A stretch of 64,000 nucleotides of DNA from Convolutriloba macropyga. Taxonomy: Eukaryota. Position 1 is the first letter of the stretch. Each line of letters opens with the position of its first letter. This document shows, piece by piece, positions 24,936 to 38,374 of the stretch. Under the pieces are notes generated by a model. That model ran no database searches. It was given only the letters and a program-made list of their open reading frames with translations, and was not told the origin of the DNA. Location: positions 13,144,001 to 13,208,000 of the forward strand of contig NC_134468.1 in NCBI RefSeq assembly GCF_964194025.1, written 5' to 3'. The translations under genes and the position numbers were made by a program.

Positions 24936-27900
24936 GAGAAAAAATTTGTTTGTATTTTTGTCCAAATTTTGATTCTACAATCCGGCTGCTATGTTTTACA
25001 AACATTTAATGAGACCAATCAAAGCAATATTTGTGAGTTTTTATTGGAACCAAAGATTCCACTTATTTTATCAGCTAGACACTTTATTGTAGTTTTGAAA
25101 TTTAGGTAAACGAAAAGCAAACAAAAGGAATTTTCCCGGGTCTATTTACCTCAAGTAGTTACTAAAATTTAAAATAAATAAATCTACGATGCATAACCTG
25201 CCCTATATTTCTTAGCACATCCTGTTTTCCACAAAAAATAATTTCCTTCTATGTGGAGACTTTTTTTTCAGACTTTTTGCAGATTCTCTTAGCTTTAGAG
25301 TCTTTTTTCACTGACGCTAAGATCTTTTCAGAAAACAATAATCCTGCAAACAAAAGAACACGTCAAATTATCAGATCAGACTTCAGTCATCATTCCACAA
25401 ACGTACAAAAAGCTTTTATTCCGGAAAAAAAGACAACATACTAACTTAACAGAAAATTTTATTGACATTTTATTGGCAAGAATATAATCTAACAGTCCTA
25501 ATTAATATTAACTTTCTATAGAAATCTTATTATATTAAAATAGCTCAAATTATGAGGTAGAAACATTACGAGAGATTGTCAGTCTTTAAAAGTTTGAGTT
25601 TTTCCCTTTGTGCTTCTTTATGCGATTTACACAATCTCAAAACGCTTCTAAGAGAAAAGATTTCATTTTGTTTACCAAAACATTTGCTCAGTCTCTATAT
25701 GCTTAAACTTTATACTTTAAGCAATTTATACTTTATACTTTAAACTTTAAACTTTTACTTGCATTACTCATTAATCTGATGCAGTTTATTGAAATTTTAT
25801 ATATAGCGATGGATAAAAAAGCGGAGGTGTTATTTTCTTCTTCATCATCAACAGCAAGAAATTCGGGAATCAAAAACGAACTCCGGTTAGTTACCAAAAG
25901 TTACCATGACACTTTAGAAGAACCGAAAACTTTTCAGAAGATAAGATCACAAATGAGAAAAATTTTTCTTGGTGGGAAGTTTTATAAAGGGTAAACAAAG
26001 ATTGTTTGCTCGAAGATTAAAATTGAAGAGCCTAGTAATTTTTTGAATTTTCGAGAGGTAAAAAAATTCACAGTTCAAACGAAACAGTACAGTAAAGACA
26101 CAGAAGCAGTCCTAGCTATATCTGAGTTACAGGTTATTTCCGAAAACAAAAATAGCAAACAAATCAAATTTTGAATACTATTATCAGAGAAAAACGTCCT
26201 AAACGTCAAATTGTTTAACAGGCTTTTTAAAAATGGTATTCAGAAGTTTCTCATTTGAACTGTGCACAGAGAGTTTGAAAGTCACAAAAGATCAATATGA
26301 CTTCAAATATTGCAAAAAGATGAGGAATTGAACTTCAGATTTCCTTGCCTCTAATTAATTTTAGGAAATTATTTAAAAAACCGATTGAGCTTTCTTTGAA
26401 GTGTTGTCGGATTCACAAATTGGCCTATTGTGTTGGTAAGAATACGGTAGATGATTCCGCTACACTGGTAGAGATACAACATTGAACCTCCACAGCTGTA
26501 GCAACAAATAAATTTTCAGACCGCTGTAAACTTTTGGTACTTTAGAGCACATATTTTTCTTGCAAAAACATTACAGATAAGGCCATTAATTTCCAACATA
26601 CAGCATCTAAGAATCAGATATGTTCAATCAAAAGTTTAGACCGTAATTTGCAACAAAAAAGTGACGCTTAGAAAATTGTTTGTGCCCTACGACCACTCAT
26701 TTATATCAATGAGATGAAGGTGATCCCAAGACCAATTTTGAAGTTAATTTGACTGCAAAATCTTTATTCGGTTGCAATAGCGTGAAGTTTTCTAAATACG
26801 ATTGACAAAGATCAGCAAAACAATAGGCAGTTGAAGCGAACGCAGATTCAAACACCAAAGCACAAAAAAACAAAACTGAGTATGAAGAAAAAAAACTTGT
26901 GTAATAGAGAAAAAATTAAGGAATCTACAAATATTTATTAAAAACAGTGGCCCATTTTAAAACTACGTGTTGTATGGTTGCTTTTAGACCTAAAAAACAT
27001 GATGCTAAGATGTCCAAACTGTTTTTATCCCTTGCCCATTTTGCTTCAAAAAGCTACAAAAAATAGCACAAAAATAAGAGCAAGTTTTTTTTGTAAGCTG
27101 GTGGTATTCTCATCGATATTTTTCAAATCTGATTAAATTTTTTTGGCAACTCGTCGGACCTTTTTTGCTGAAAGTTTTTGTCAATCAATTCTGATTCGAT
27201 AACGCGCAAACAAATTTTTAAGCAAAGTCAGTTCTGTAAAATGCAAACGCACTTCCAAAACACAGCAATTACGTGATCATTCCACCAGCCGACAAAAGAT
27301 CTTTAATGTATGAAAAAAAATACAGTAATCCAAAGTACACAGTAACTTTACGGACGAGCAAAACACAGAAGCAGTATCTACAATTTGACTCTTAACAATA
27401 TCTGAGTTATAAGTTATTTCCGAAAACAAAAATAGCAAGCAAATCAAATTTTGAATACTATTATCAGCTTGAAATCTGATTTAACTTTTCTGGCAACGTG
27501 TCGGAGCTCTTTTGCTGAAAGTTTTTGTCACACAATTTGGCCTTTCTGATTCGATAACGCACAAACAAATTTTTAAGCAAAGTCAGTTCTGTAAAAAGCA
27601 AAAGCACTTCCAAAACACAGCAATTAAGTTATCATTCCACCAGCCGACAAAAGATCTTTAATGTATGAGAAAATTACAGTAATCCGAAGTACACAGTAAC
27701 TTTTCAGACGAGCAAAACTAATAAATTTATTCATTTAACAAGTAGAAAAACCTAAAGCAGCTCACGCAACAAATCTGTCAACGACAGGAGTAGTGATTGA
27801 CAGCATTATCAGACCACTTAGAGCAAGTTATGACTGGAATGTTTTCCAGTTTCTGTTTCTTCTATACAGCAAGACCAGAATAATGATAAACAACGAGAAT

Positions 27901-28900
27901 TACCGAGTCTAAAGACTTTCCCTTTTAAAATATTTCTATATGGGGCTTGATATACAATCATCAATAATCATATCATTTAGGAAAAACGACAAAGTTATAA
28001 TACACACTTTTTCATTAATTTTTCATTGGAAGAATTTCAAATGCATTTACTAGAAAACCGTGAATTAAACAATTTTTTTTACGAATTTGCAGGCCTATTA
28101 GGTGTTTAAGCAAACAGTTTACAATTTTGAGATTTTTTTGCAACTTTAACTTTTTCAAAAAGTTTACAATTCCAAACTGCTATACGAAAGGCATGAGATC
28201 AAAACTAAGATTAATGCTCTGAAAATCTGTTGAAGTTTCTCAATTGTAAATCGGATGCGGCGGGTCATAAGCACAAAACTGCTGTTCCGTACTGCTGACA
28301 CATTAACGACGGGGTTAATCGCGTGACCACGGGTATAACTTCCGAGTTTGACCTCTAGTTCTACTCAAGATATATAGTTATTTGATGAAAAACCTTAAAT
28401 GCAAATTTGAGCTGATACAGTTTTTTGAACAGCATCAAATTTGAACTGAGCAAGAAGGTAAAAAGTTATTCTAATGAGCAAGTCAAAAAGGATTAAATAG
28501 CTCATGTTCATTTGTCTAAGTTACTTTTGAAACTTAGAGAGAAACTATGAGATGTTAGATAGTGAAAAAAGGACTGATTCAAATCCAATATTTTTGCAAT
28601 GTGTTGAACATTCTATTACTGAGAAAGTTGTTGGTTAAGAACTTGTCACAAAATATTATCAGTTAAAAACCTATCTCAGAGTTGAGATTTAAGGGAGTAA
28701 TTTGTGAATCTGAAGTTATCACGGACCAAAAAGTGTTGGTAGCTGAGCCTGAAAGCTCCTTTTCTGCTTGTAGACACGTGGTCTCTAATTTTCTATTGGG
28801 TAGAGATAACGATGTCGACAGTGGTTTCATTACTAATTTCGTGTTCTTAAGGTGGCGTGATATCACGACATGATGATATTCTCAGTTCAAGTTTGTGATC
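24935..28900 (+). pseudogene. Probable decayed LRR receptor gene fragments
   Basis: TNLTENFIDIL (25440-25472); SNPIFLQC (28579-28602) followed by GVICESE...SFSAC (LRR C-terminal cap-like) and a frameshifted hydrophobic LIFYWVEITMSTVVSLLISCS (~28785-28847). Confidence 0.45.
27125..27717. repeat. Local tandem duplication (~27125-27362 / ~27472-27717) with an inserted copy of ~26097-26188
   Basis: Direct comparison: AAATCTGATT...GACGAGCAAAAC twice; ATATCTGAGTTA...ACTATTATCAG at ~26118 and ~27398. Confidence 0.85.
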
Positions 28901-31900
28901 TTATAGTAGTAGTTATTCAAAAGGACTTGGTATTTTTTCATGTTATAATGGACTTCGTTTGAGTCAAGTTGGTCTTTCTCAATCTAATAGCACTAGATGA
29001 TCATACTTACTGAGTATAGCACACTATTGTACATAATGCTCCTAGGTTAAGATACAGAATTTTTCAGCGCGTAGATAAGCATGTTTCAGTTGGCGACGGA
29101 GTGAGAATTTTTTAGTTTCAATCTCATCGCTGAAAAGTGCTGTTTATCTTTAGTTTTTTCGTATTTTTCCAAGTAATGATTTTTATGTTAACAATTTACA
29201 AATCTCTTAGTACCATTCCATTGCTGTACAAGCTTATTTGAGCGACACAGTTTAAATCGGGGCATTGTTCCAATAAGGCTCTTCCACAGTCAAATTTATC
29301 GAATTTATTTGTATAATTGATTTCTTTTAGTACCCACGTCTTTAGTTATTTCACTACTAATGGCTTCTATTTCCATGCAGTGATTTATTTTTTTTTTGCT
29401 TTTTTCAAAAGATTTAAATCTTGTTCTGTTTGGTATATAGTTGAAACTATTTGCGATGAGAGTGGTTGAAACATGATCTGCAAACGCACATTACTGAGCC
29501 TCCTTGTTCCCATTCAAGCTCAAAAATCCTCAAATTTATTTCTAAATTGAGAAAAAGAACAAGCCGTACTTGCAACAAAGCAACGAGCTTTTTTTGTTTT
29601 AAGTATCGCAAATTATCTCTCACCACTTAAGAAAATACTAGATGAAATCTTGGAGAAGTTGTTATTGACAGATGAAATTGTTGGGAATATAGAATGAAAC
29701 ATCAAACCACTGACGTGCTCTTAGTCTGTTTTAAGAGCTGTATTAATTAGAATAAAGCCTCTCACCCCCCCCCCCCCCCATTGTACTTGAGATGTTATAC
29801 ACATGCTTAATCACATGTACAACTTGTCGACGTGTCGTCATTAATTTGATCCTATTTAAAATTCTACAATTAACTATGTATACATACGTACTTTTTTTAA
29901 AATTATCTCTCATGGCTAAAGATTTTTTTGCTCTTTTACCTGCGCGCTGTTTTGTAAGCATTCCTTGATCGAATGCTTTGGGACTTAGTTTTATCTACTT
30001 TTTTGATTGATGATTATGCATTTTAAATTTTTCATGTTAGAGATAATAAATCATGCTGGCACTCCGATTCCGCCGAAATCTCTATTATTTATTGAGTGAT
30101 AAAGGTAGAGGGGGGTTGTTTTTTGTAGCTATTGTTACTTTTGTGATAAGGATGTAAAGTAGTGGCTATGATTGAAGTATTTTTTATCGAGTACCTCTTT
30201 TACAAAATGTCTAACAATGCACATGTACATAGATTAATATAAAATACAAAACTTTCTATCTCCTGAAGAGCCCATTGAGAAAATAATTTAATTTTAACAG
30301 CGTTTATGGCTCAAAATTGCCCTTTTGATCGGGCAAAACCAACAAAAAATTTTGCGAAAACGTTTGTAGAAGTGTTTTGAACAAAAATGTTTGCAAAAAT
30401 GGCTTTTTTAATGGAAAAATATCGTACGAACGATTAAAAAATTCTCCGGCGAAACTGGCGAAGTTTTGAAAATTTAGAAGTCAAAAATTCTGGTTTAAAT
30501 CTTATTTCCAACAAAAAACTTGCGCTTATTCTGAAAATGAAATAATGTGCACAATTTGGGCAAATAGGGACTTTCGGCTGGGTGGATGATTCGGGTGAAA
30601 TTGATGAGTTGTAAGCAAAAGGCATTGTGATGTAGTGGTTGCTGTCTTTTGTTCACTCTCTTTCTCAGTCTCTCAAGTGGTTGTTCAGCTTTTTGTCCTC
30701 ATCTATCGACACAAGATCATCATCATCATCTCAACTGAACGACCACTAAGCAGAATAATCAATTAGCCGAATTGTTGCCTAATTTGATATTAATTTAAAA
30801 CGAAACCAATTATTTCAAAATTTATCTGAACTTTCGTTCCTTCAGTCGTTAACAAAAAGATTGCATTTTTTGATAATTAATTTCAGCGTGTTGAAGTTCA
30901 GAGGAACCGTTTTTTTAATCGATTTCTGGCAACAAAATCTGTTCTTTTAAACATTTTTTAACGTGTATTAACCATACAATTTTAGCTCTTACTTTTAATT
31001 TGAAAACCAGTGGGCATCCAAATGCAATATTTAGTCAAGTTTTTTATATATCATATCACAAATCAACTGGTTTGTCAAAATTTGAGCCCAAATGTGAGTA
31101 TTTCGAGGAAAGAGCATCGATGCAGGCAAAAAATCTGCCTCTTAACATTAACCTGTTATTATTTATAACGCCGATGCGGTGAATAAAAGACTAAAAGGCA
31201 TTATTTGAGTGATGTATTATGTATTATGTAATATGGGTTGACCATTTATCCGATGTAAGCAAAGCAAGTATGTTGTAAAATAAGCAATCCTTGTATAACC
31301 TAAATCAAACGATCACTATCACAAAGCCCTATCAATCAACTCAACATTTATATTACCCCTTACATTTGCAGCTTAAACGCGTGCCTTCACCTTTACCACC
31401 CCCCCCCGCGCCCCCCCCCCCCCCCACCGTCTGAACAAATTCCCCCAACACCCCCGCCATCATTTATCCTTCACCATATTTTGTGCATAAAATAACAGCA
31501 ATAGTCATACGCGAGGCACACTTGACAAAAATTTGATCACAACTAGTATAAAAGGCACGTGTGAACAACAAGTTTTGGGTTTATATTCAGCAGTAGTAAA
31601 TAGTGTTCTTGTGCAATTTAAATGTTTATTAGTCTTGTTTATAATGCCAACTACCGTAATTTGTTCATAAATTTAAAGCCTGCTCAAAGCCCCCAGTTTT
31701 CTGTTAATTGTAGCGTCGCAGCTGAAATTAAAGGCACAGAAATTTAGTTGAAAAAAAAAGAGAACGGGCGCTATTGTTAGTTCATAACTGCTGTCAGTTA
31801 ATTTTCACCCAAATTGGGGCTAGGCGCAAGGGCGAATTTGGGGGTAGAAAGGGGACGGGAGGGGTTTGGGGGTGATTTTCAAATTGAGGATGGAAAGTAA

Positions 31901-32399
31901 TAATGAATTCCTATTGGATTTGCCTGCAAGTTATTCAACTAGCTCTGCTGTTATTAACCAGGACTAGTTATAATAGGCAGCTAGGTACCTACACATACAT
32001 AATACATATATACAGGTATACATCTAGTAGTAGACTTGCGCTAACGTAGGCACGGATTTTGCCTGCTCCTGCATTTATTTGGGATGTTATTTGGTGGTTG
32101 AAAGTGGAAGCAAAGACAGCGAGGCATTCAGAGCGCATTAGTGATTGTGTGTGCGGCGAGGGGCAAGCGAGCATGATAGTACTGATAATAGTGTTACTAT
32201 TTCAATTCAACTCTCTTTGGGGGCAGAGAGAGAAAGAGAGAAAGAGTGCGTGTGGGGGAGGAGGGGGAGGGGGAGAATGTTTTGTTTTACGTTCTGTTAA
32301 AAACTGGGGGAATATATGCGTGCAGAAAGCATGTAAGCGCAGTTCAATTCTATTCTTTTCTCACACTTATACTTATTTTTCTAAGTCTAGTTGACTGAC

Positions 32400-32650
32400 A
32401 GTACGCGCACGTGCCGCACAAATTGTTCACTTTGTCCGCACGTGTGTGCAATGTGATTGGCTGGTGCGATTGTAGGAGTAATACATTGGGTGTGCTGTGA
32501 TTGGCTGAGGGTAGATTGTGACATGATTCAAATAATAAAATAAAATAATACTCGTGAATTGCTTCGTGAAGTGCGGGAGAGAGAGTCGACTACTAGCATG
32601 AACAAGATGGCGGCCACAACAACGCAAGAGCGTCACTAGTCGCTGCTGAG
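32400..32650 (+). promoter_or_regulatory. Probable groucho core/proximal promoter
   Basis: CACGTG at 32408 and 32439; inverted CCAAT (ATTGG) at 32456, 32485, 32500; exact YY1 consensus CAAGATGGCGGC at 32603-32614; locally CpG-rich; ~750 bp upstream of the first ATG. Confidence 0.65.
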
Positions 32651-33375
32651 AAAGAAGTGAACTGAAATTGTATCCATGCTTTTAATTTTTCATTTCCCAT
32701 ATTTATTGATGAGCTCCTTCAACTCAACTTTCCTCAACTGATACACACTTCTTCCCAACTGAAGAACACACACACATACACATACAATCACACACACACA
32801 CACACGTACGAATATATAGAAGGATAGACTGAAATTGAGGAAAGGACGCAACACACTTCTTATCCTCACTCAAATTCCAGTCCCATTTTGAGCTCCCTAA
32901 CAACCTGCTCTGTCCAAACTTCCCATTTAGACAACATACTCTCTTCATTACCAACTTTTCCATAATCCAAATTTAGCATCCTTACTTCTGGATAAGTTTG
33001 TGTCTCGCCAGAGTTTTCAACCGACTCTTGAAGCACTTTCCACAATTCCAGTTCTGCAAAAATTCATATCTCAAGTCTCACTTCATATTTTTGTGTTACA
33101 TTGACTGTGTTTAGTTCCCATTTTTCTGTTGTTTACGGACTTGAGTTTAAAAAATGCCCAAACATATCCGAATCGTTTTGGGCGGTAGCTAGTTAGTCGA
33201 GTTAAATACTGTTTTAATCGTTTACCAGCTATTAACTATTGATTACTGCCATATTACTACTATCGATTTGTTTTGTTCACTCGGGTTATTCCGTGATCAA
33301 CAAAATTTGCCTTTTTTTCAGTTATTTATCCATATTTTTCCTGAAGTAAGCTCCAAAAACTGCAGTTGTTTAAGA

Positions 33376-33411
33376 ATGTCTTCTTTCGACTTAATGTACA
33401 ATCGACAAGTG
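33376..33411 (+). CDS. gro: Groucho/TLE coding exon 1 (MSSFDLMYNRQV)
   Basis: ATG at 33376 and second in-frame ATG at 33394 (MYNRQV resembles the short MY/MF.. first exon of Gro/TLE); strong donor GTG|GTAAGA at 33412, phase 0, matching exon 2; downstream of a promoter-like region. Short, so less certain than the other exons. Confidence 0.7.
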
Positions 33412-33557
33412 GTAAGAATAAATCACAAATCAAATTTTTATCCAATTTTGTGAAATAATACTACATTGTTCATACCTGTGGTTCTGGAATTTTTTACTGA
33501 GTAAGAGCTGATAAGATTTTTTGAGTCATGTCTGATAACAATTTTTAGCGTAAGAGA

Positions 33558-33766
33558 AGCTCAGAAGAATTTTTGGGTATTTCCGATTTTCGCCCCCCCC
33601 CCCCCCCCCCGCCCCACACACACACGAAATTACACCCCCCCCCCCTCCATTATGGTATAATTACAAGGGGTATAATCAAGGGGGGGGGGGGGGGTTATAC
33701 GTTATATGACCACTAAGCGGGGGGGGGGGGGGGGGGGGGGCTATAATGGAAAATACCCGAATTTTT
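33558..33766. mobile_element. Small foldback/MITE-like element with poly-C and poly-G arms; diverged relative at ~47575-47725
   Basis: AATTTTTGGGTATTTCC..CCCC pairs with GGGG..GGAAAATACCCGAATTTTT; internal GAAATTA(C/T)ACCCC and GGGG(T/C)TATACGT(T/G)ATATGACC shared with the 47.6 kb copy. Confidence 0.6.
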
Positions 33767-33920
33767 AAGTGTACAGATCTGATAAGTGGAGCTTTTATCG
33801 AATAAACAGCCCATTACAGGTATCTTGTAAGACAACTTTGTAAACAATCTATAAGATCTGAAACGATTTAAAAAAACGATAACTGAGGTGCGCAATGCGA
33901 CCTGAACCTTTACAAGTAAA

Positions 33921-34219
33921 TTATAGGGAGTCCCATAATAATGAAATACAGGCAAACGTTCGAAAAACGTGAAATGCTAAGCTTTTCACGTGATTTCATT
34001 GCTTTTTTTTCTTAACTCTAAAGTCAGTCACATAAAGTTTTAACAGTAACGAACGTTTCAAAGGTCAAAGTTCAAATTTAAAACATGTAGAAAAAAATTG
34101 ATGAATGAAAATTTAATGGAGAAAACGTTGACATTCAATTGAGCACATCGATGCTCAATTGCACGTTTTTGGCGTTTTTCGAACGTTCGCTTATTTCAAC
34201 TTTATGGGACAGACTATAA
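33921..34219. mobile_element. MITE (~300 bp, ~48 bp imperfect TIRs)
   Basis: TTATAG..GTCCCATAA..TGAAATA..AACGTTCGAAAAACG at left matches the reverse complement of the right end; TA at both ends; internal palindrome CAATTGAGCA..TGCTCAATTG at 34136-34161. Confidence 0.8.
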
Positions 34220-35190
34220 ATGGGACTTGCTATACATAAGTTTTAAATTTAAAAATTTCAGCAGTCCATATTTCATCCAAAAGTTTCGGAACGTTTACTT
34301 AGGTTACTAAGTTAAACTGACTGACAACTGACACCCCCCCCCCCCCCCAACCGCGTGTATGCCTCGTCATGTTCCAAAGGTCATTGTCAAGATTACCTGA
34401 ACGCTTTAGCTAATGCCATAAGTACTATATGGCTAATACATACTATCATTAAATCTATTGTTTTCTGTGAACAGCTGCCTTTTATAATTGCAAATACTTG
34501 CTGGCTTGCTATAGAATGGAAACAGTTGCTTTTAAATTGGAATTGAAAACATCCCGAATTCAGTGATTTTTTATTGACCTTTACCAAAAACAACAATTAG
34601 GGCTCATAGTGGAAAATTTAGTCAATTCTGATTAAAATTACCTCACTGAAATAAAATCACAGTTTTAAAAAATTCTACTGCAATGCGACTGGGTTCCTCA
34701 CGGTTATGCAAACGATAAGGAAGTTGATGAAGTGACTGTTGATTTTCGTCTAGTTGGGTCAAAGTAGATTTTCGTCTAGTTGGGTCACCATTTTGTGTCA
34801 ACATTTAGAAAAGCGAGTTTTGTTTTTTTTTAAATGTTATGAAGTTAAATATTTTTTGAAGCTATGAAGCGACGGGTTATGAAGTTAAATATACGTGGGA
34901 TATTTTTTTATTTCATTCCAATACACTTGGTTTCATTGATCTATTAAACAAAATGATCACTTGCACTACGGATGAACACACATAAAAAATAGTTATGTAA
35001 GTGTTCATTAAAAGATGGTTGTTGAGTGATACAAGTAAATATGAGGAATGATGGTTTTTAGAGTAAACAAAAATGATACAGAAGAGCGTTTTTTGCGTTT
35101 TCTCCTGTCCAAAATTGATCCCAGAATCTGAAGCCGAAATACATGACAGTTATTGTTTGGGGCTCTGAGCAGGCACAATTTCTGTGGAAC

Positions 35191-35257
35191 AGTGCTGGTT
35201 TCGAACCAGCATCTCTTACTGGCAAGCCTAGTGCGCTAACCATTACATCAACCTGTC
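35191..35257 (-). mobile_element. tRNA-derived SINE head (related decayed copy on + at ~42825-42893)
   Basis: Reverse complement has A-box-like TGATGTAATGGTTAGC and T-arm GCTGGTTCGAAACCAGC; the 42.8 kb copy shares AGATGCTGGTTCGAA. No complete cloverleaf. Confidence 0.65.
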
Positions 35258-38200
35258 TTGAGCTTTCGAACTTGAATATCACTTATTACCTGTTCGTATG
35301 TTCTGTTTGGTTCCTCAAGGCGTCATATATCTAGCCAAATATACGTTCAACAAGTGAGGCTTCTTATCAAGCTATGTCATGCTTATATTATGTACAGTTT
35401 ACAATAGGTTATACTCTCTCAACCTTCTAACAATTATCACGCAAGGCATTGGAAGTCTGCGAGTGTTCTCAAGAATAGCAAAAGAAATTTTTATAGTTAA
35501 GTCAAAATATATCCGAGTTGGTGAAATGCCACCTATCAACTTCCTTTGCTCTTTTGGGTAACACTTGAGACAAAATCAAAATTTATCAATTTTTCATAAT
35601 TGTTTTCATTACCTCAATTTGTCGTAAATGGTAAATTCCAAAGGTAAACTTTTGTAATCTACCACGTGCTCTTTATTGCCGCCTTTTGCGCAAACTTGAT
35701 TTTTAATCAGTTTTAAACCTTTTGAGTTTACGTTTGCATTTTGAAACCTTCAAGTTGAGTTTGATTGCTGTCATTAAAGTACTCACACGTGAATCTTAAG
35801 AAACGTTGCTTCGAGGTTTGTTCTGATAAAGGTAATTGTTCGGTCAAAGAATTACCTAATAGTTTCCTAAAATAAAGCTTTTCTTATAAAACTGCTATCA
35901 AGAATCATTCAATATAAAAATAGAGCATTTGTTAATTTAACATTATAAACTTAGCTATGGGGAGCTTGAAATGTTTTTGCGGTTTGTTTTAAACATGTGA
36001 CATTTTGAAAAAAAAACAATTTTGCTTCGCGATCAAGCAAATTTCTCAACTGCCTAAAATATGACGAAACTATGAAATAACAGAGTGAATTCATCTATAA
36101 GAAAGTTTTAAGATTATCTATATTAAAGATTATCTATTAAAAAAAATATACCGTCGAAATTGACCAGTTTTTGTACGGTAGTGCACGCTGATTTCAATTG
36201 ATTGTGGAAACTGAAAGGAAGTTGTTTTCAGTGATATGATGGTGTTGCTTTTTGTCACCAATTTGCTCCAAATTGATGACGAAAAATTTGCTGTTACCAA
36301 ATTTGCTCATTTTCGAAGCTATCAGGTTCATTTTTTGTGGTTATAAAACAATAACAGGTTCCATTCTCCATCAAGTGTTTAGTTTTTTTTCAGATGTGAG
36401 ATTGTTTTGATCGAGCACAGACTAGTATTCTCGTCAAACTGTATATTGTCATTTTTGTTACAAATTTTTCAAAATTCAATGGTTGGAGGCCAATCTTTTT
36501 CTTATTGCAAATTTTGTTCAGGACTACAGTCTTGTATTGGCAGAGATAAACGTAAAAAAAACTTTTTTTTCAAAATTGACCAAACTCTTACCTCTTGCGA
36601 TCAATGCCTCTCCAAGTACTTACTCAAATTACTGTTCAAAATTGTCATGGCGTAACTATAGCAATAGAAAGTCAGAAAAAAATTTGTTAATGAATCCCAC
36701 TAGTGGGCAGCAGTAATGATAGCAGCTTGGCAATTATGAAAAAAATTTGGTTACAGTGCTGTTTTAGAGTTGAAATTCCTCGAAGTGAATTTCAAAAAAA
36801 ATTTCACTGGGTAAGCCTCTCAGTGGCGCCTTCTTGGTTTTTCCATCTTTTTTATAATTGTCAATTAAATTGATTCTTAATTGATTCCCGGTAACTTTTT
36901 AGGTACTACCATTTTATTGTTGCTTTAAGTGTTCATCTTCGGGCTTCTTGAAATGTTGAAAGTATAATTATGAAAACATTCTTGTTATAGCAGGCATGAT
37001 TGTATTAAAGCATTGGTGGAGATTTGTTAGGAACTTAACTTTGCCTTCGCCTTCTTGTTTTTTTTTGGCCAGCAACTCTTTGGTAAATTTATGAACGAAA
37101 CGTTTCAAATCATTGTCTTTTATTAATTAGGTTAGGGAGATTTTTTTTTCTGGAGGTGTCATGGAAGTTTTCATCTTTTTAACTCATTCAGCAAGCAGAC
37201 TAATTAAAAATTGACTGTTGCCGTTCAATGCTCTGAATTTTTTGCTGGTGACTTTAGTTTCGCTGATTTTCTTTGTCCTAACTATTACCAGACAGCTAAA
37301 TATTTCGGTAAAATTTTTAATCAGAGCTGCGGTTTTTTTGCATACAATAACTTTTACAGGTATTGCCGGACATTATCACAAAATTTGAGTTTGTTGACGT
37401 TTCGTGCTTTCTTTTAAATTATTTTGACATTTTTTGCGAGAAAATATAATCTATATGTACTCGCATATCTAAGTACCAATTGGGAATAAATATTTGCAGA
37501 ACCAATCATCGAAAGCTCTTCCGCTAATTAGGGTTCCGGTTCTTAACTAGCTTGGATAATATTCTAAAGGTCGAAATTCTATCAGACTTCTAAGGATTAT
37601 TATTTGGCACTTGAGTGAATGGTTAAACGAGTTTTGTCATTTAATCTTACTCAATTCGGTTTGATGTGTCTACTCACAGTGCCGTGTTAAGACTTTTCAA
37701 TCCGTTTATGTTAAAACGAGTTTCAATCGTGTTAATTTGATCAAATTCTGTGTTGCTTGCTTGCTTGTGTGAACACGATTACATGTGAGAATATTGAGAC
37801 ACGCTAAGTTATAATCCAATAAATAGCTGTCTATTAATTCCCAAGCTCTTAAACTTTGCTGACCAAAATAGGTAGATTGAAAGTGATTGGTAATTTTTCA
37901 TGTAAGTTATCCTGTTTTGGATTTTTAAGTACCATTTTTGCCATTCTTTATCTATTGCCAGACGAAAATGTCTCAAGTCCAGAGTTTTTGGTTAATTAAC
38001 CGACTTTAAATTGTCATGGATGAACTAATTATCAAGGAAATTGGGGATTTAACCAAGGAAAAGATGGACCCATATTGAAAAATTCACTATGAGTGTTAAC
38101 ATCACAAACTCACTATAAACTAGCTATGATTTCTGCAATAAATAACTCACTAAGTTTTCTCGTACACAGATAGATGGTCTGCCCAATTCTAAGGGAAACT

Positions 38201-38374
38201 TTCTTGTGATTTCAAGCTAAAAAATTTTGCAATTCATAACTGAAAATTGTCAGCCTAGAGATAGATCAAATGTTGGAATTTAAAGTATCAGAACATTTTC
38301 ATTTAACAAGCAAAAGCGATTTTGTATTTTTGTTCTGGGTGAAGGCACCATTTATTTGTCTTTGCTTTTTTTAG

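Noticed and set aside
27830-27905. Minus-strand TM-like peptide FSLFIIILVLLYRRNRNW suggesting a Toll-like receptor
   Set aside because: No TIR-like sequence follows, and neighbouring LRR, cap and TM order is more coherent on the + strand; likely a chance reading of AT-rich DNA.
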